This document shows positions 1 to 10,441 of a DNA stretch of 64,000 bases, piece after piece. The notes beneath the pieces were generated by a model, which saw only the letters and a list, made by a program, of their open reading frames with translations, was not told the DNA's origin and ran no database searches. Position numbers and translations under genes: made by a program. The DNA lies in the NCBI GenBank assembly GCA_010909165.1, contig MU008162.1, forward strand, positions 248,001 to 312,000, in the 5' to 3' direction. Each line of letters opens with the position of its first letter. The stretch's first letter is position 1. Source of the DNA: Anthoceros angustus (taxonomy: Eukaryota; Plantae; Anthocerotophyta).

Positions 1-244
1 TTGTTAGCGGCCCCACCAGCGGTGCCTTTCTCTGTAGACGCCCACCTTCAACCGAGCTCGCAAGTGGACCTGGATCGTCCAACCAGGCAATGCACGCACT
101 TTGCACACAATGCCGATTCATTCCATGCTTTCGGCCAGGCCGAGAGATATTCCATGGAGGATGTATCTACCTGGCAGGAAGTACATTGTTGGTTTTGATT
201 CGTTGCCATGGGGAGAGGAGGAAGTGAATTGCATTGAGGTGAGT

Positions 245-2173
245 TCATCCAAAGCCCTTGCCTTTCTTCTCAGATCTCAAGGGAGAGGCTGCCCTCTTTT
301 CTCTTTCCAGGGAGGCCAGCCTCGACCAGCAGCTGTTGATGAGGTCCAGCAGGAGCTGCTTCTTGTTCAGTCGGTAGGAGATGGCCAGATTCCGGGTTGG
401 AGATGCCGCTTCTTCCTTGCTGCTGCGGAGGAGGAGGTCCTGGTCTTCCACAGCTGTGGTTGGGAAGCGGCTGAGCAGCATTGCACAGAGTGCTACCAGA
501 GTTTGCAGGACGTTGGACTCGTTCACAATGCCCAGGGGGGCATCAGGCCCCCAGTCCTGGAGAGCATCCAGGCTCTTGTTTCGTAGGCTGGCAGCATCGT
601 CTGCGAAGAGCACGCGGAGAGCTGCGAGAAGGCGGCCGTCGACTTGCGATCGCCCCAAGGTTGTCTGAACAGGTACCATGCTCATGGGGATCAGCAGGGA
701 AGAGGAGAGGAGATTTGAGAACGAGGTGAGTGTGGTGTTGGCATGAGAGCTTACCATGAGACCTGCACCGGCACCTTGTAGGCGGAGCTGGACGAAGATG
801 GCCTGCTGCCATGGGGCCGGGGAGGCAAAGCTTGCAAGCTTGCTAGGCTGCTTCACACCTGCAGCAGCCCGAGCTTCGTCCAGCATGGACAGCACCACAT
901 CAAACCTGAGATCCACTGTGTCGTGCGGGTTGTTTGGAAGGACGAAGCCGTAGTCCAGGAGAAGAAAGTCGTTGCTCAGAGGACCGTAGTTCAACACGAT
1001 GGGAGCACCTTCAACCAGGTCCTCCTCAGCTACAACCTGTACAAGAAAGAAGCTGTACATTAACAACAACAACACAGCCATGTATACTTCTCTGTTCAGC
1101 TCGTAAATGAGCCAGGTACGTCACCTGGAGAGCGAAATCCCCTCCTTCACCGTCATCCATGTTCTGCTGCTCCAGTCTGGCGTTGGCGTGGAAACTGTGG
1201 TTACACATGTCGACAAGAGGCAGCAGCTTCCGACTGCCGCTTCCATCATCCAGCTGCTTCGAGGTCTGAACTCTGAATGCCCTGCTTGAGACCGCAGCCA
1301 TGGCCCAGCCCAGTGATCCGGCATCCACGTCCAGGTTGCAGAAGGGATGACTTGCGTCATCCAGGCCCCCGAGAACTGAGGGAATGTCATGCTTCGCAAA
1401 CTGGAGCAGGAATTTGCACCTCTTGTTCACCTGCCCACCACCCAGCCCAAGCAAGGATTTCAACATCATCCCAAGGTGGCATGGCACCCACCAACACAGC
1501 CAATTTACATGCTTCTTTCCAGACCTGCTGTATCAAGGGAGGGTACTGCAAACTGGCAATGTCCTCTCCGGAGAAGAAGATGGGCACACTGAAGCGCTGT
1601 GGCAAGATGCTGATGTAAGGCCACCAGAAGGACTCCACCTTGGCCCTCTCTGCCAGCAGCTTGAGGCCCAGCTTGAGCGTCCACAGCTCCTCTGCCACAG
1701 GCTCGAGTCAGAGAGGCTTGCCCGCGGATCCTGTTGCGGCAAAATCAAATCCAGAGCACATCAACCTCCCTCCACGCCGCAATCGGCTCTGCAGCTACCA
1801 GCAGCTTGCAAGAAAGCTCACCTGGCACCCGGTCCGTAAGCCGGCGCAGAGCCCGGTCGGCAGCAGCGTCGGACGCTGCCGGCGGCAGGGACAGCAGCAG
1901 CTGCGAGGGCAGGCTGATGAGCCTGTGCCCCGCCTGCGCAGGCCGGGCAGCCACCAGGCCCAGCCCGTCTCCATCGCGCTCCACCCTCAAGCCCGGCCAC
2001 ACCGCCCCGCCCCCTTGCTGCACCCACTGCACCAGCCTCCCGCCCTCATCCCCCGTGCCACTGCTGCTCCCGCAACAGCGAATTCCGGAACTGCGGAGGC
2101 AGCGGGTCGTGATGGACGCAGCCGCAGCTGCAGCTGCTGGGTGAAACCCGATTCCCAATCCCCGCCTCCCCAT
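245..2173 (-). CDS. SET-domain protein lysine methyltransferase, Rubisco LSMT/SETD3-like (5 exons, probable transit peptide)
   Basis: Spliced ORFs give LKLGLKLLAER..WWPYISILP, LGWAMAAVSSRAF, LLPLVDMCNHS and IVLNYGPLSNDFLLLDYGF (SET N-H and Y-G motifs), followed by an LSMT substrate-binding region. GT-AG introns read at about 1821-1693, 1540-1431, 1124-1037 and 756-671. Start codon uncertain (2173 or 2209). Confidence 0.85.
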
Positions 2174-2373
2174 CTTCCTTGCGCTTGCCTCAAACTTCCA
2201 AGTTATCATCAACCCACCTGCAATGTAAACGGATTTGATGCTGGGGCTGGATTGTCACATTGTTGGGTCCTGAAAGATGGAGTCGACAGTTTACGAGCCC
2301 ATCATTTTCTTCGACAATCATGCTGCCTAGCCGGTGCATTCCGGTGTGGAGGTGGAGCTCAGCACCGTGAGGA

Positions 2374-5007
2374 ATGGCAGCCCAGCAGGCAGGGAGTGCG
2401 GCGCTGCTGCTGGCCCCGAGCTGCGGGCATTTGCAGCAGCGGATTGTGGGCGCCCAACAAGTGGTGCCGGGGAATGGCAGCATTAGCAGCACTAGCAGCA
2501 GCAGTGGCAGGAGCAGCGTAGGAGAGGGGTGGTGGAATGGAAAGGGCAGCGGGGGGCTGCATGCAGACAGGGCAAGGCAGGAGCTGCTGTGGAGGCAGTT
2601 CTTTCTGGATCCTTCCATGTGGTGGGACAACAGGTTGGACAAGAAGGGCAGCCGGTCTCCCGACTTCAGGCACAGGGAATCCAGGGATGTGCTCTGGCTC
2701 AACAGCTTCTGCAAGCCTGCATGGGTGGATGAGCAGCTGGCCGCTTGGGACACCACCCTGCCCGCAGGCTGGGGATCCGGAGGAAGGGAGGAAGGGGGTG
2801 CCCAGGCCGTGAGCAGGCTGTGTGACGAGGGGCTGCTCCGTGAGGCTGTGGATGCTCTGGGTGTGCTGGTTGAGAAGGAGACGCGAGTTCCCAACTCTGT
2901 CATCTGCGGGCTGATCAAGAGATGTGTGGCGGAGAAGGATTTGGCTCTGGGGGATCGTGTGCGTCATCTGTCTGCCAAGCTCGGGTACGAAGAGAACACG
3001 TTCTTGGCAAACAACATAGTGCGGATGTATGCTTCTCTGGGGAGGTTGGAGGAGGCCACCGACGTGTTCAGGCAGGTGGCTGATCCGGATGCCTTCACCT
3101 GGTCTGCCATCATCTCTGCTCATGCTAAGCACGGGGAAGCCAGGGAGGCCATCAAGCTGTACCAGGAGATGGAGAGCTCCGGTGTGAAGCCGGATGGGCA
3201 CGTGTTTGTTGCAGCCCTGCAGGCTTGTGCTAGTGCAGCGGACTTGGAGGCTGGGAGGCAGGTGCATGCAGGTGTAGTGGGGTGTGGGTTGGAGCCTAAC
3301 TTGTTTGTGTCCAACGGGCTGGTGGACATGTATGCAAAATGTGGCAGAGTGGAGGATGCACGCAGGGTTTTCGACAGTGCGGTGACGAGGGATGTGGTGA
3401 CATGGAATGCCATGATCGGCGGATATGCTGAGCAGGGGCTGGGTCGGGAGGCGCTGGCTCTGTATGCAGGCATGGCTGAGGAAGGGAGGATTGTGCCTGA
3501 CCGTGTCACGTTTGCCTGCCTCCTCAAGGCATGTGCATGTGCTGGGGACTTCGTGCAGGGGCAGGAGGTGCATGACGAGGTTGTTCGAAGAGGGCTTGAA
3601 GGAGACACCGTGGTTGGCACCTCCCTGGTGGACATGTATGCAAAGTGCGGCAGGGTAGACGATGCACGCAGGGTGCTGGACAGGCTGCCCACTCGAGATG
3701 TGGTGGCATGGACAGCCATGATCGCAGGGTACGCGAAATGTGGCATGCTGGAAGAGGCTCGCAAGTTCTTCGACAGTCTGCCCACCAGGAACGTGGTGAC
3801 ATGGACGGCATTGATTGCAGGATACGCAGAGCATGGCCTGGGGCAAGAAGCACTTGCTCTGTATGAAAAGATGGAGGAGGAAGGGCTGATCCTAGCCAAC
3901 TCCCTCACCTTCGCCTCCCTCTTGAAGGCATGTGCGACGCTGGGTGCTCTCCAGCAAGGCAACCAGCTCCATCTCCAGGTTCTGGAGAGAGGCCTGGGAG
4001 GGGACAAGGTGGTGGGCACCTGCCTGGTGGACATGTATGCCAAGTGTGGGAGGTTAGAGGATGCACGCAGGGTGCTGGACCGTCTGCCCACCAGGGATGT
4101 GGTCACCTGGACAGCCATGATAAACGGGTTCGGGCAGAGCAACGAGGGCCACAAGGCCATCCAGTGCTTCCAAGAGATGATGCAGGAGGGCGTGGAGGCA
4201 AACGAGACCACCTTCACCTGCCTTCTGGTAGCCTGCAGCCACGAGGGGCTGGTGAGCGAGGGGCGGCACTTCTGGCAGTCCATGGTGGAGGAGTGGGGCA
4301 TCAAGCCCACCGTGGAGCACTACAACTGCATGGTGGACATGCTGGGGCGGGCAGGCCATCTGGACGAGGCAGAGGTCATGTTGCTGTCATGTGAGGCCAA
4401 CGACGTGGGGCTCATGGCCTTGCTGAATGCCTGCAAATGCCATGGTGACATACCCAGGGGCACCCGCCTCTTCGAGAAGCTGGTGAGCATGGACTCCCAG
4501 GATGCGTCTGCCTACGTGCTCATGGCCAACATGTACGCAGACGCCGGTAGGTGGGCAGACGTAGAGAGGATCGAGAGGTTGAGAAGGTGTGCAGGAGCTA
4601 GCAAGAAAGCTGCCATGGCAGGCATCGAGGTGGGCAAGCGTGTACATGCATTCGTTGTGGGTGAAGAGAAGGGGGACATATTGTCCAAGGTGAAGAGTGT
4701 GAATAAGCGGTTGAAGGAGGAAGGAGGCCATGTGCCCCACACGGAGCTGGTCCTGAAGGCAGTGTCGGAGGAGGAGAAAGAAGACGAGCTGTGCGGGCAT
4801 GCTGAGAAGTTGGCTCTGGCGTATGGCCTGTTGAACACTCCAGACGGCACAGCTCTGCTGGTAACCAAGAATCTTCGAATGTGCAATGACTGTCACAGCT
4901 CCACCGAGGCGCTGTCCAGGATAGAGAAACGGGACATCGTTGTGAGAGATGCACACCGTGTCCACCGATTTGTGGACGGATCTTGTCACTGTGGTGGCAG
5001 GCCTTGA
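2374..5007 (+). CDS. Intronless PLS-class PPR protein with N-terminal PDF (OSB-type) motif, about 16 P/L/S repeats, E1/E2 and DYW:KP domain ending GRP (candidate organellar U-to-C editing factor)
   Basis: 877-aa ORF with repeats such as VVTWNAMIGGYA / LVDMYAKCG, HAEKLA and CNDCH zinc-site motifs, and C-terminus CHCGGRP. aa 73-109 read WRQFFLDPSMWWDNRLDKKGSRSPDFRHRESRDVLWL. Confidence 0.95.
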   Translation: MAAQQAGSAALLLAPSCGHLQQRIVGAQQVVPGNGSISSTSSSSGRSSVGEGWWNGKGSGGLHADRARQELLWRQFFLDPSMWWDNRLDKKGSRSPDFRHRESRDVLWLNSFCKPAWVDEQLAAWDTTLPAGWGSGGREEGGAQAVSRLCDEGLLREAVDALGVLVEKETRVPNSVICGLIKRCVAEKDLALGDRVRHLSAKLGYEENTFLANNIVRMYASLGRLEEATDVFRQVADPDAFTWSAIISAHAKHGEAREAIKLYQEMESSGVKPDGHVFVAALQACASAADLEAGRQVHAGVVGCGLEPNLFVSNGLVDMYAKCGRVEDARRVFDSAVTRDVVTWNAMIGGYAEQGLGREALALYAGMAEEGRIVPDRVTFACLLKACACAGDFVQGQEVHDEVVRRGLEGDTVVGTSLVDMYAKCGRVDDARRVLDRLPTRDVVAWTAMIAGYAKCGMLEEARKFFDSLPTRNVVTWTALIAGYAEHGLGQEALALYEKMEEEGLILANSLTFASLLKACATLGALQQGNQLHLQVLERGLGGDKVVGTCLVDMYAKCGRLEDARRVLDRLPTRDVVTWTAMINGFGQSNEGHKAIQCFQEMMQEGVEANETTFTCLLVACSHEGLVSEGRHFWQSMVEEWGIKPTVEHYNCMVDMLGRAGHLDEAEVMLLSCEANDVGLMALLNACKCHGDIPRGTRLFEKLVSMDSQDASAYVLMANMYADAGRWADVERIERLRRCAGASKKAAMAGIEVGKRVHAFVVGEEKGDILSKVKSVNKRLKEEGGHVPHTELVLKAVSEEEKEDELCGHAEKLALAYGLLNTPDGTALLVTKNLRMCNDCHSSTEALSRIEKRDIVVRDAHRVHRFVDGSCHCGGRP

Positions 5008-5607
5008 TCCCGACCCAACCCTTTTTGTTTCTCTTCAGGTCCACCGAATTATCGCCGGCCACCGACATGTTATCCGTGCCGGTCATAGGTAAACCTGGCG
5101 GACGCCGACCAGCCCCAGGCGGGACGCCGGGACCGCAACCCATTTACACATGTACATGCAGTATGTATGTACTAACCGGCAGCTGTGACGAGTACTCCGC
5201 TGAGTTATATTTTAATTCATTTGACCGATCCCTGAAACTGGTCCCGCCCTTCGCCGGGATGCGCTGGTTGGGCTTGTTGAGAGCGGATAGTCCTTCCGGA
5301 TGTAAGTCGGGGCAGCACTTGGGTCTAGCCTGGTCCGGGGCTGACGTTCAAGGCTGGTGGATCTGGACCTAGTTTGTAAATCTACAAAGGGGTTAGGTCT
5401 CTCTCTCTCATGCAAGACCTTTGATATAGTGTTATACCTCACACCCTTACATTCATCCACACATATACATAGCACTAAATACCGATGATGTTGCTACAAT
5501 GCCAATATATAGAACAAGAAAAGATGTTGATGCCTACCTGCTCGTCCTTTAGCAAACAAAGAGGCCTGCACATTCACTGTCAACTCACAATGCGAAAAGA
5601 ACTACGT

Positions 5608-5814
5608 ATGCAATCGTGATCGTGGGGGCTAGTCCCCCTGGCATTATGGATGCAATCGTGATCGTGGGCGCTAGTCCCTGTGGCATTACGGATGCAATCG
5701 TGATCGTGGGGTCTAAGTCTCCCTGGCATGGTGCCCTTCGTTGGGTTTTTTCCCCTTTGTTTTTGGGGTGGATGGGTTTTTCCCATCTTTTTTATAATCA
5801 AGTCTTCTTTTCCC
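5608..5814 (+). mobile_element. 5'-truncated 3' end of the CRE/RLE-like LINE family, with its first ~41 bp triplicated
   Basis: Near-identical to 9596-9700, 25490-25613 and 31565-31684 (reverse strand): GATCGTGGGGGCTAGTCCCCCTGGCATGGTGCCCTTCGTTGGGTTTTTCCCC...TTTTATAAT.AAGTCTTCTTTT. Confidence 0.7.
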
Positions 5815-5838
5815 TAAAACAACAGTTGTTTTAGGAAC

Positions 5839-6075
5839 CTATAGCTAGGATGAAAGCATGTCCTCCTCACAAATTCAAATTGCTCCCTATCGCTTCCTAC
5901 AGTCTTGCTCCCTACCTATTCCCAGCATGTGCCACAAACTAGGTAGGTGGGCACACCCTATATAGCTAGGACGAGGGCCTGTCCTCCTCATAAATTCAAA
6001 TTGCTCCCTATCGCTTCGTACAGTCTCGCTCCCTACCTACTCCCAGCATGTGCCACAAACTAGGTAGGCAGGCAT
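5839..6075. repeat. Tandem duplication, unit about 121 bp, 2 copies
   Basis: TATAGCTAGGA..TCCTCCTCA.AAATTCAAATTGCTCCCTATCGCTTC..CCCAGCATGTGCCACAAACTAGGTAGG occurs twice in tandem. Confidence 0.85.
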
Positions 6076-6194
6076 GCTCCTAGCTTCGTTCAGCCGTGTT
6101 CACATAGTCCCTTTTCTTCTCGTATATGTGTATGTTGGATATACGTAATTGCTTTCTCCCTTAAAGAGTTTTATCCAAATTCTTTTGGTGGGTT

Positions 6195-6410
6195 GATCGG
6201 AGCTCCATGGTCTAGCACCTTTGAGTAGCACCCTTGAGTCAGATGATTGCTGCGATGGGCCCTGTTATAAAAAAGCCTTATGGCACTGCTTGTTGCAAAA
6301 AGTCCTACATGGCCGCTTGTTGTAAAAAGCTCTACGGGGCCACCCGTTGCAAAAAGCCCTATGGGGCTGCCTATTGTAAAACGTCCTGCAGGGCTACTCT
6401 GAATTAAATC
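6195..6410. repeat. Dispersed repeat with ~30-bp subrepeats (TTGTAAAAAGCCCTA..GGGC); second, shorter copy at about 7470-7590
   Basis: Shared G(G/A)A(G/A)CTCCATGGTC.AGCACC(C/T)TTGAGT start and GGGCTACTCTGAAT-like end; about 5 subrepeats here, about 2 in the second copy. Confidence 0.65.
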
Positions 6411-7399
6411 CATGATCAAGTTTACTAAAAAAATCTTTTGGTTGCCTTGGATGTAGTTAGAAGAGCTAGTGTGCCGTATTGTGTTTTAGTAAGACTATGC
6501 AAGCATGAGGCCCAAGCCATTTGTACTCATGACTTGATCCATACTCTATTCAATTGGGTGACTGATTCGTGTTTATATTGAGTTGTATGAATGATTCTTC
6601 ATTCTCGATGCTCATGAGATACATTGGGTTTCACTAAAGATGGTCGGCCAATTGGAACACAACACTTTAGTGTAACAAAATCCTTTGTATTAAGGATCAA
6701 AATAGAACTTAAATTTAAATTAATTTGATATATATTTATGTTGTGGACAAAATAAATATATAACTAACTCATTTTTAACGAGAGAAAGGCCGATTAGTTG
6801 ATGTCCTTTTTAAAAAAATATATATCTTGACTTTGCATTCATACAAAATTTCATGTTAAAAGACCTGAAGTTTCATTTTAAACGACCTTCAGAGTGGATC
6901 TCTACCAGGAGGGGGTATCACCTACTCTCAATTGTTTTTAATCTTTGGGTGATCTATTTGTTGTCGGGCCCATGTTCTAATATAAAAATCTCTACTTCAC
7001 CCACAATGGACCTCATATAGTACGGTTCTTTGAGGGCTTCTAGGTGATATATCCCCTAATATGAGATCACTTCATGGCTTCTTTGATGTGTTTTATTCAC
7101 CATGAATTGTATGTCATACTGTAATTTATGTCAACTTCAGATTGTGTAGATAAGTCATGAGGAGATGACATATAGAACCAACAAACGACTAAATCACTAT
7201 TTAGTTAGCATACTAAGAAATGATCTTAGAGCTTATTTTAAAATTCATGAAAAGATTCACACAAGTTTTTAATATTTACATAAGTTATATTATTATTTTT
7301 TCAATATCACTTAAAAGGATATAAGTGGATCAATAAAATGTTGCTAATATACTCCCTTCAGGAATGACATCTACGCGGAGAAAGTTGCTCGGAGAACCA

Positions 7400-7458
7400 A
7401 GTCTCATGGCGGCATGTCCGTCTTAAGTGGACTTAAAATAAATTGATTGATTGATTGA
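7400..7458 (+). mobile_element. LINE/SINE-like 3' terminus: hairpin, AT-rich spacer and (TTGA)n tail
   Basis: AGTCTCATGGCGGCATGTCCGTCTTAAGTGGACTTAAAATAAA resembles the termini at 31045 and 60907 and is followed by ATTGATTGATTGATTGA. Confidence 0.6.
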
Positions 7459-7730
7459 CCGAAATACTTGGGTCCATTGGAACTCCATGGTCAAGCACCC
7501 TTGAGTCGGATCATTAGCCCGATGGGGTGGTTGTAAAAAGCCCTACAGGGCTGCCACATGTAATAAACCCTATGGAGCTACTCTGAATACTCTGATATAT
7601 CTCGTTCTCTTCTCACCAAAAAATAAAATGTTGCTATTACCATGGTACATAATTTAACCATTTTTTAAAAATATTATAAGAAGCATAGAAAGCAGCCAAC
7701 TTGCGTGCACATTGGTTGGCCCTTCTCATG

Positions 7731-8195
7731 TTAATGTGATCTAATAAGCCCTTCCTTTGTAGACCAAGATAAATATGTAGCAAAATCAGGATTTGTTTGA
7801 CAAAAAATTCTAGCAATCCCGTCATCATCCACCTGCAACCAACAATTTCCTTGTGTGTGTGATGCCCATAGTGTAATAGCCTTGTCATTCTTGAATACCA
7901 AATTTCCTCCTCCTTGCATTATTAAACTAAAATTTGTACAACTTGAAGGATCTTGCTCTGGTGTGCTTGTCCATATTGCGGATATTGAATGCTCATATGG
8001 TGTAGGAGATAGTACCAATAAGGCTATTTGGCAAGTCTTAAGTACCTCTAGAGCATACAAGTTGTTCAAGGATGTAAGTGGTGTATCATACATGGAAAGT
8101 GTTTCACCACCAAATAAGCTGTTTAAAGTTAAACGACTTTCAATATGCAAAATAGATGTTGCAAGAAAAAAAAATTTTAATATCATCGCCATCAT
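7731..8195 (-). CDS. Secreted bulb-type (GNA-like/B-lectin) domain protein, intronless, AT-rich
   Basis: Hydrophobic N-terminus (MMAMILKFFFLATSILH), then LTSLNNLYALEV, SLIMQGGGNLVF, TLWASHTQG and WLQVDDDG, which match degenerate B-lectin QxDxNxV subdomains. Confidence 0.65.
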   Translation of the reverse strand: MMAMILKFFFLATSILHIESRLTLNSLFGGETLSMYDTPLTSLNNLYALEVLKTCQIALLVLSPTPYEHSISAIWTSTPEQDPSSCTNFSLIMQGGGNLVFKNDKAITLWASHTQGNCWLQVDDDGIARIFCQTNPDFATYLSWSTKEGLIRSH

Positions 8196-8534
8196 GTTTT
8201 TGGTATACCTTGGTTGCAAAGCAGTGTTTATGAAGTTGTAACCACATGTTTGGAAACATGCGACTTCAATTAATGTAAATATTTGTAGACACTACTTTTG
8301 AGGAATAGAATATTAGCCGGTTATATGTACTACACAATATTATGGGGTACATAATGGAAGTGAATATGCATATCCTTTATTGATTCAATAAAATATTTTT
8401 TATAATTTCAATTTTTTTCGATGTTCTCTACTTTTTGAGTAATGTGCATTTCACTTTCAAGACTAATGAAATTTTGAAGTGCTTCTATTTGCACATGCAA
8501 GTTGAAAGAAAGTTCCAAAGTCTTTACTTTGTCT

Positions 8535-9047
8535 ATGGAAGCCATAAGGTTTGTTGGTTTGGCATGTTTGCTTGTCATGGCAACAAGAAGTTTTGCAATG
8601 AATCATGACCTTGAGAGAGCTAGACAGAATGCGTATTTTTCTACTTCGGCATATAATGACGTTGGAAACTTAATGATAATGGGTCAAAGCATATCACCAG
8701 AAGTTCAGCTTACCTCTTCCAATAAACGATATACCTTGAGTGTGGAATATTCTTGTAATTTAATAATATGGGATAATAAAAATGGATATCGCACTTCTGC
8801 TGTATGGATAGCAGTAATTCCAAATGTATATCGATATAATGATTGCGTTCTCACTATGCAAGAAAATGGTAATTTAACTCTTACAAGGAGTGCTTCATAT
8901 TCATTTTTTCCTATTTGGTCAAGTAACACAGCAGGAAGGTGTTATCTTGTTTTACAAGATGATGGGTATGCTAAAGTTTATAAAAGGATCGGACCAAATG
9001 TTGCAGATAGAGAACTCGTTTGGTCATCTTTTCCAAATGCTAGTTAG
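8535..9047 (+). CDS. Secreted bulb-type (GNA-like/B-lectin) domain protein, intronless, AT-rich
   Basis: Signal peptide MEAIRFVGLACLLVMA; LTSSNKRYTL, CVLTMQENGNLTL, PIWSSNTAG and YLVLQDDGYAKVY are typical B-lectin pattern. Confidence 0.8.
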   Translation: MEAIRFVGLACLLVMATRSFAMNHDLERARQNAYFSTSAYNDVGNLMIMGQSISPEVQLTSSNKRYTLSVEYSCNLIIWDNKNGYRTSAVWIAVIPNVYRYNDCVLTMQENGNLTLTRSASYSFFPIWSSNTAGRCYLVLQDDGYAKVYKRIGPNVADRELVWSSFPNAS

Positions 9048-9595
9048 ATATCAAAATTGCTAAAATACTAAGGTGTACAACTATGAAACAATATGCTACA
9101 TAATAGTATGGTATTATTAGTAATTATGATATTTTATTATATTTTTTTAAATTCTTCTAATATTTTGATACTGGTGAGAAACAAATTTTGCTAAACATGT
9201 GGGAAGGTGAAAGGGAAGCTAGTTTCTAAAAGCTTGTCCCTTTCGCTCCATTCTTGGGATAAGAGGGAAATGTGGAGACTTATAAGAGTACAAGAGGAAC
9301 TTGCGAAACTTGAAGTTCCACCCTGGAAGAGGAAGTGCATGAGTGGATGCATATCCACCCCGATCATGTCCGGTAAGGGGGAGAGCGCTGCTGCCTTGTT
9401 GATTCTATGCATGGGCTGGTGTCCATGACAACTATGCCTCCATCGTTGTCCATATATATATTGTGTCCTCACGCCCGCATTGTGTGCTGTATCATCGCTG
9501 CCTCACTTATTGGCTTATTGGTTTAGATTAGTCTAGCCTGTTGTGCTCGACAGGCCTTTGGGCATCTTATCCTTTTGTGTGATTATTCAATTTAG

Positions 9596-9700
9596 AGAAG
9601 AAAAATTTATAATAAAAAAAGATGAAAAAATCCAACCACCCCAAAAACAAAGGGGAAAAACTGAACGAAGGGCACCATGCCTGGGTGACTAGCCCCCCAA
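9596..9700 (-). mobile_element. 5'-truncated 3' end of the CRE/RLE-like LINE family
   Basis: Reverse complement of the 5700-5814 sequence, somewhat diverged. Confidence 0.65.
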
Positions 9701-10373
9701 TTATGCGATTATTCAATTTGCAAGGTTTACATATCCGCTAAACCAAACAAGCAATATTAGTGTATGAAGTGGGGCAGGGTGACGTCAGTAAGCTACGTGA
9801 TTTGAAGTAGTGCATTGTTCACGACCGCTGGTGCGGTAGCCTATGCGCGTAGGTGCGTGAGATGAGGAGTTGACAGCCCTAGGCTAGCCCTCCATGTTCA
9901 TCGGCCAGTGTTCCGGTGCTCGGTGCGCATGCAGGACATGATGTACACAGGAGTGTGTAAAGTGCGCATACCCAGCTGCCTTCCCGGGAGCCGGGAGCTG
10001 AGCGAGTGCATCCCATTCCGCGAAGGGCCGGATCCGATCCATTGTGGGCTGGTCACCACATCTCTGGATCTAGTACATGGTGGCGAGTGGCAAGCGATGG
10101 CGATATCGATGGGGATCCGGAGGAGGTACCGGCGTGAGGTGTGAGGACACGACTCCTGAAGGACAAAATGAATAACGGAGTTCACGAGCAGAGAGCAATC
10201 AGCTCCAACCACCCCTAAAGCACAACGTCTGTCACATGTCGTGTGGCGCCCAAATAGATGCAGTGCGAGGAGTCACATTCACGCTTGAGGTATGTGTAGG
10301 CGCGCGCAATGCAGGCTAGGGATGATGGTACCAATCTTAATGTTAAAGCGGGGCCGGCTTGCTTGCAGGTTAG

Positions 10374-10441
10374 TCCCTGGTCCCTGGTCCCTGGCCCCTG
10401 GCCCTGGCCCTGGCCCCTGGCCCCTGGCCCCTGGCCCCTGG
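10374..10441. repeat. (CCCTGG/CCCCTGG)n simple repeat upstream of the CASP-like gene
   Basis: About 10 contiguous 6-7 bp units are directly visible. Confidence 0.9.

Noticed and set aside
2276-2329. Short upstream ORF starting MEST, like the paralog's start at 29885
   Set aside because: Only four codons match and the ORF is out of frame; an ancestral start cannot be distinguished from chance.
2359-4989. Long antisense ORFs (495, 396 and 200 aa) over the PPR gene
   Set aside because: Shadow frames of GC-rich repetitive coding DNA; no independent motifs.
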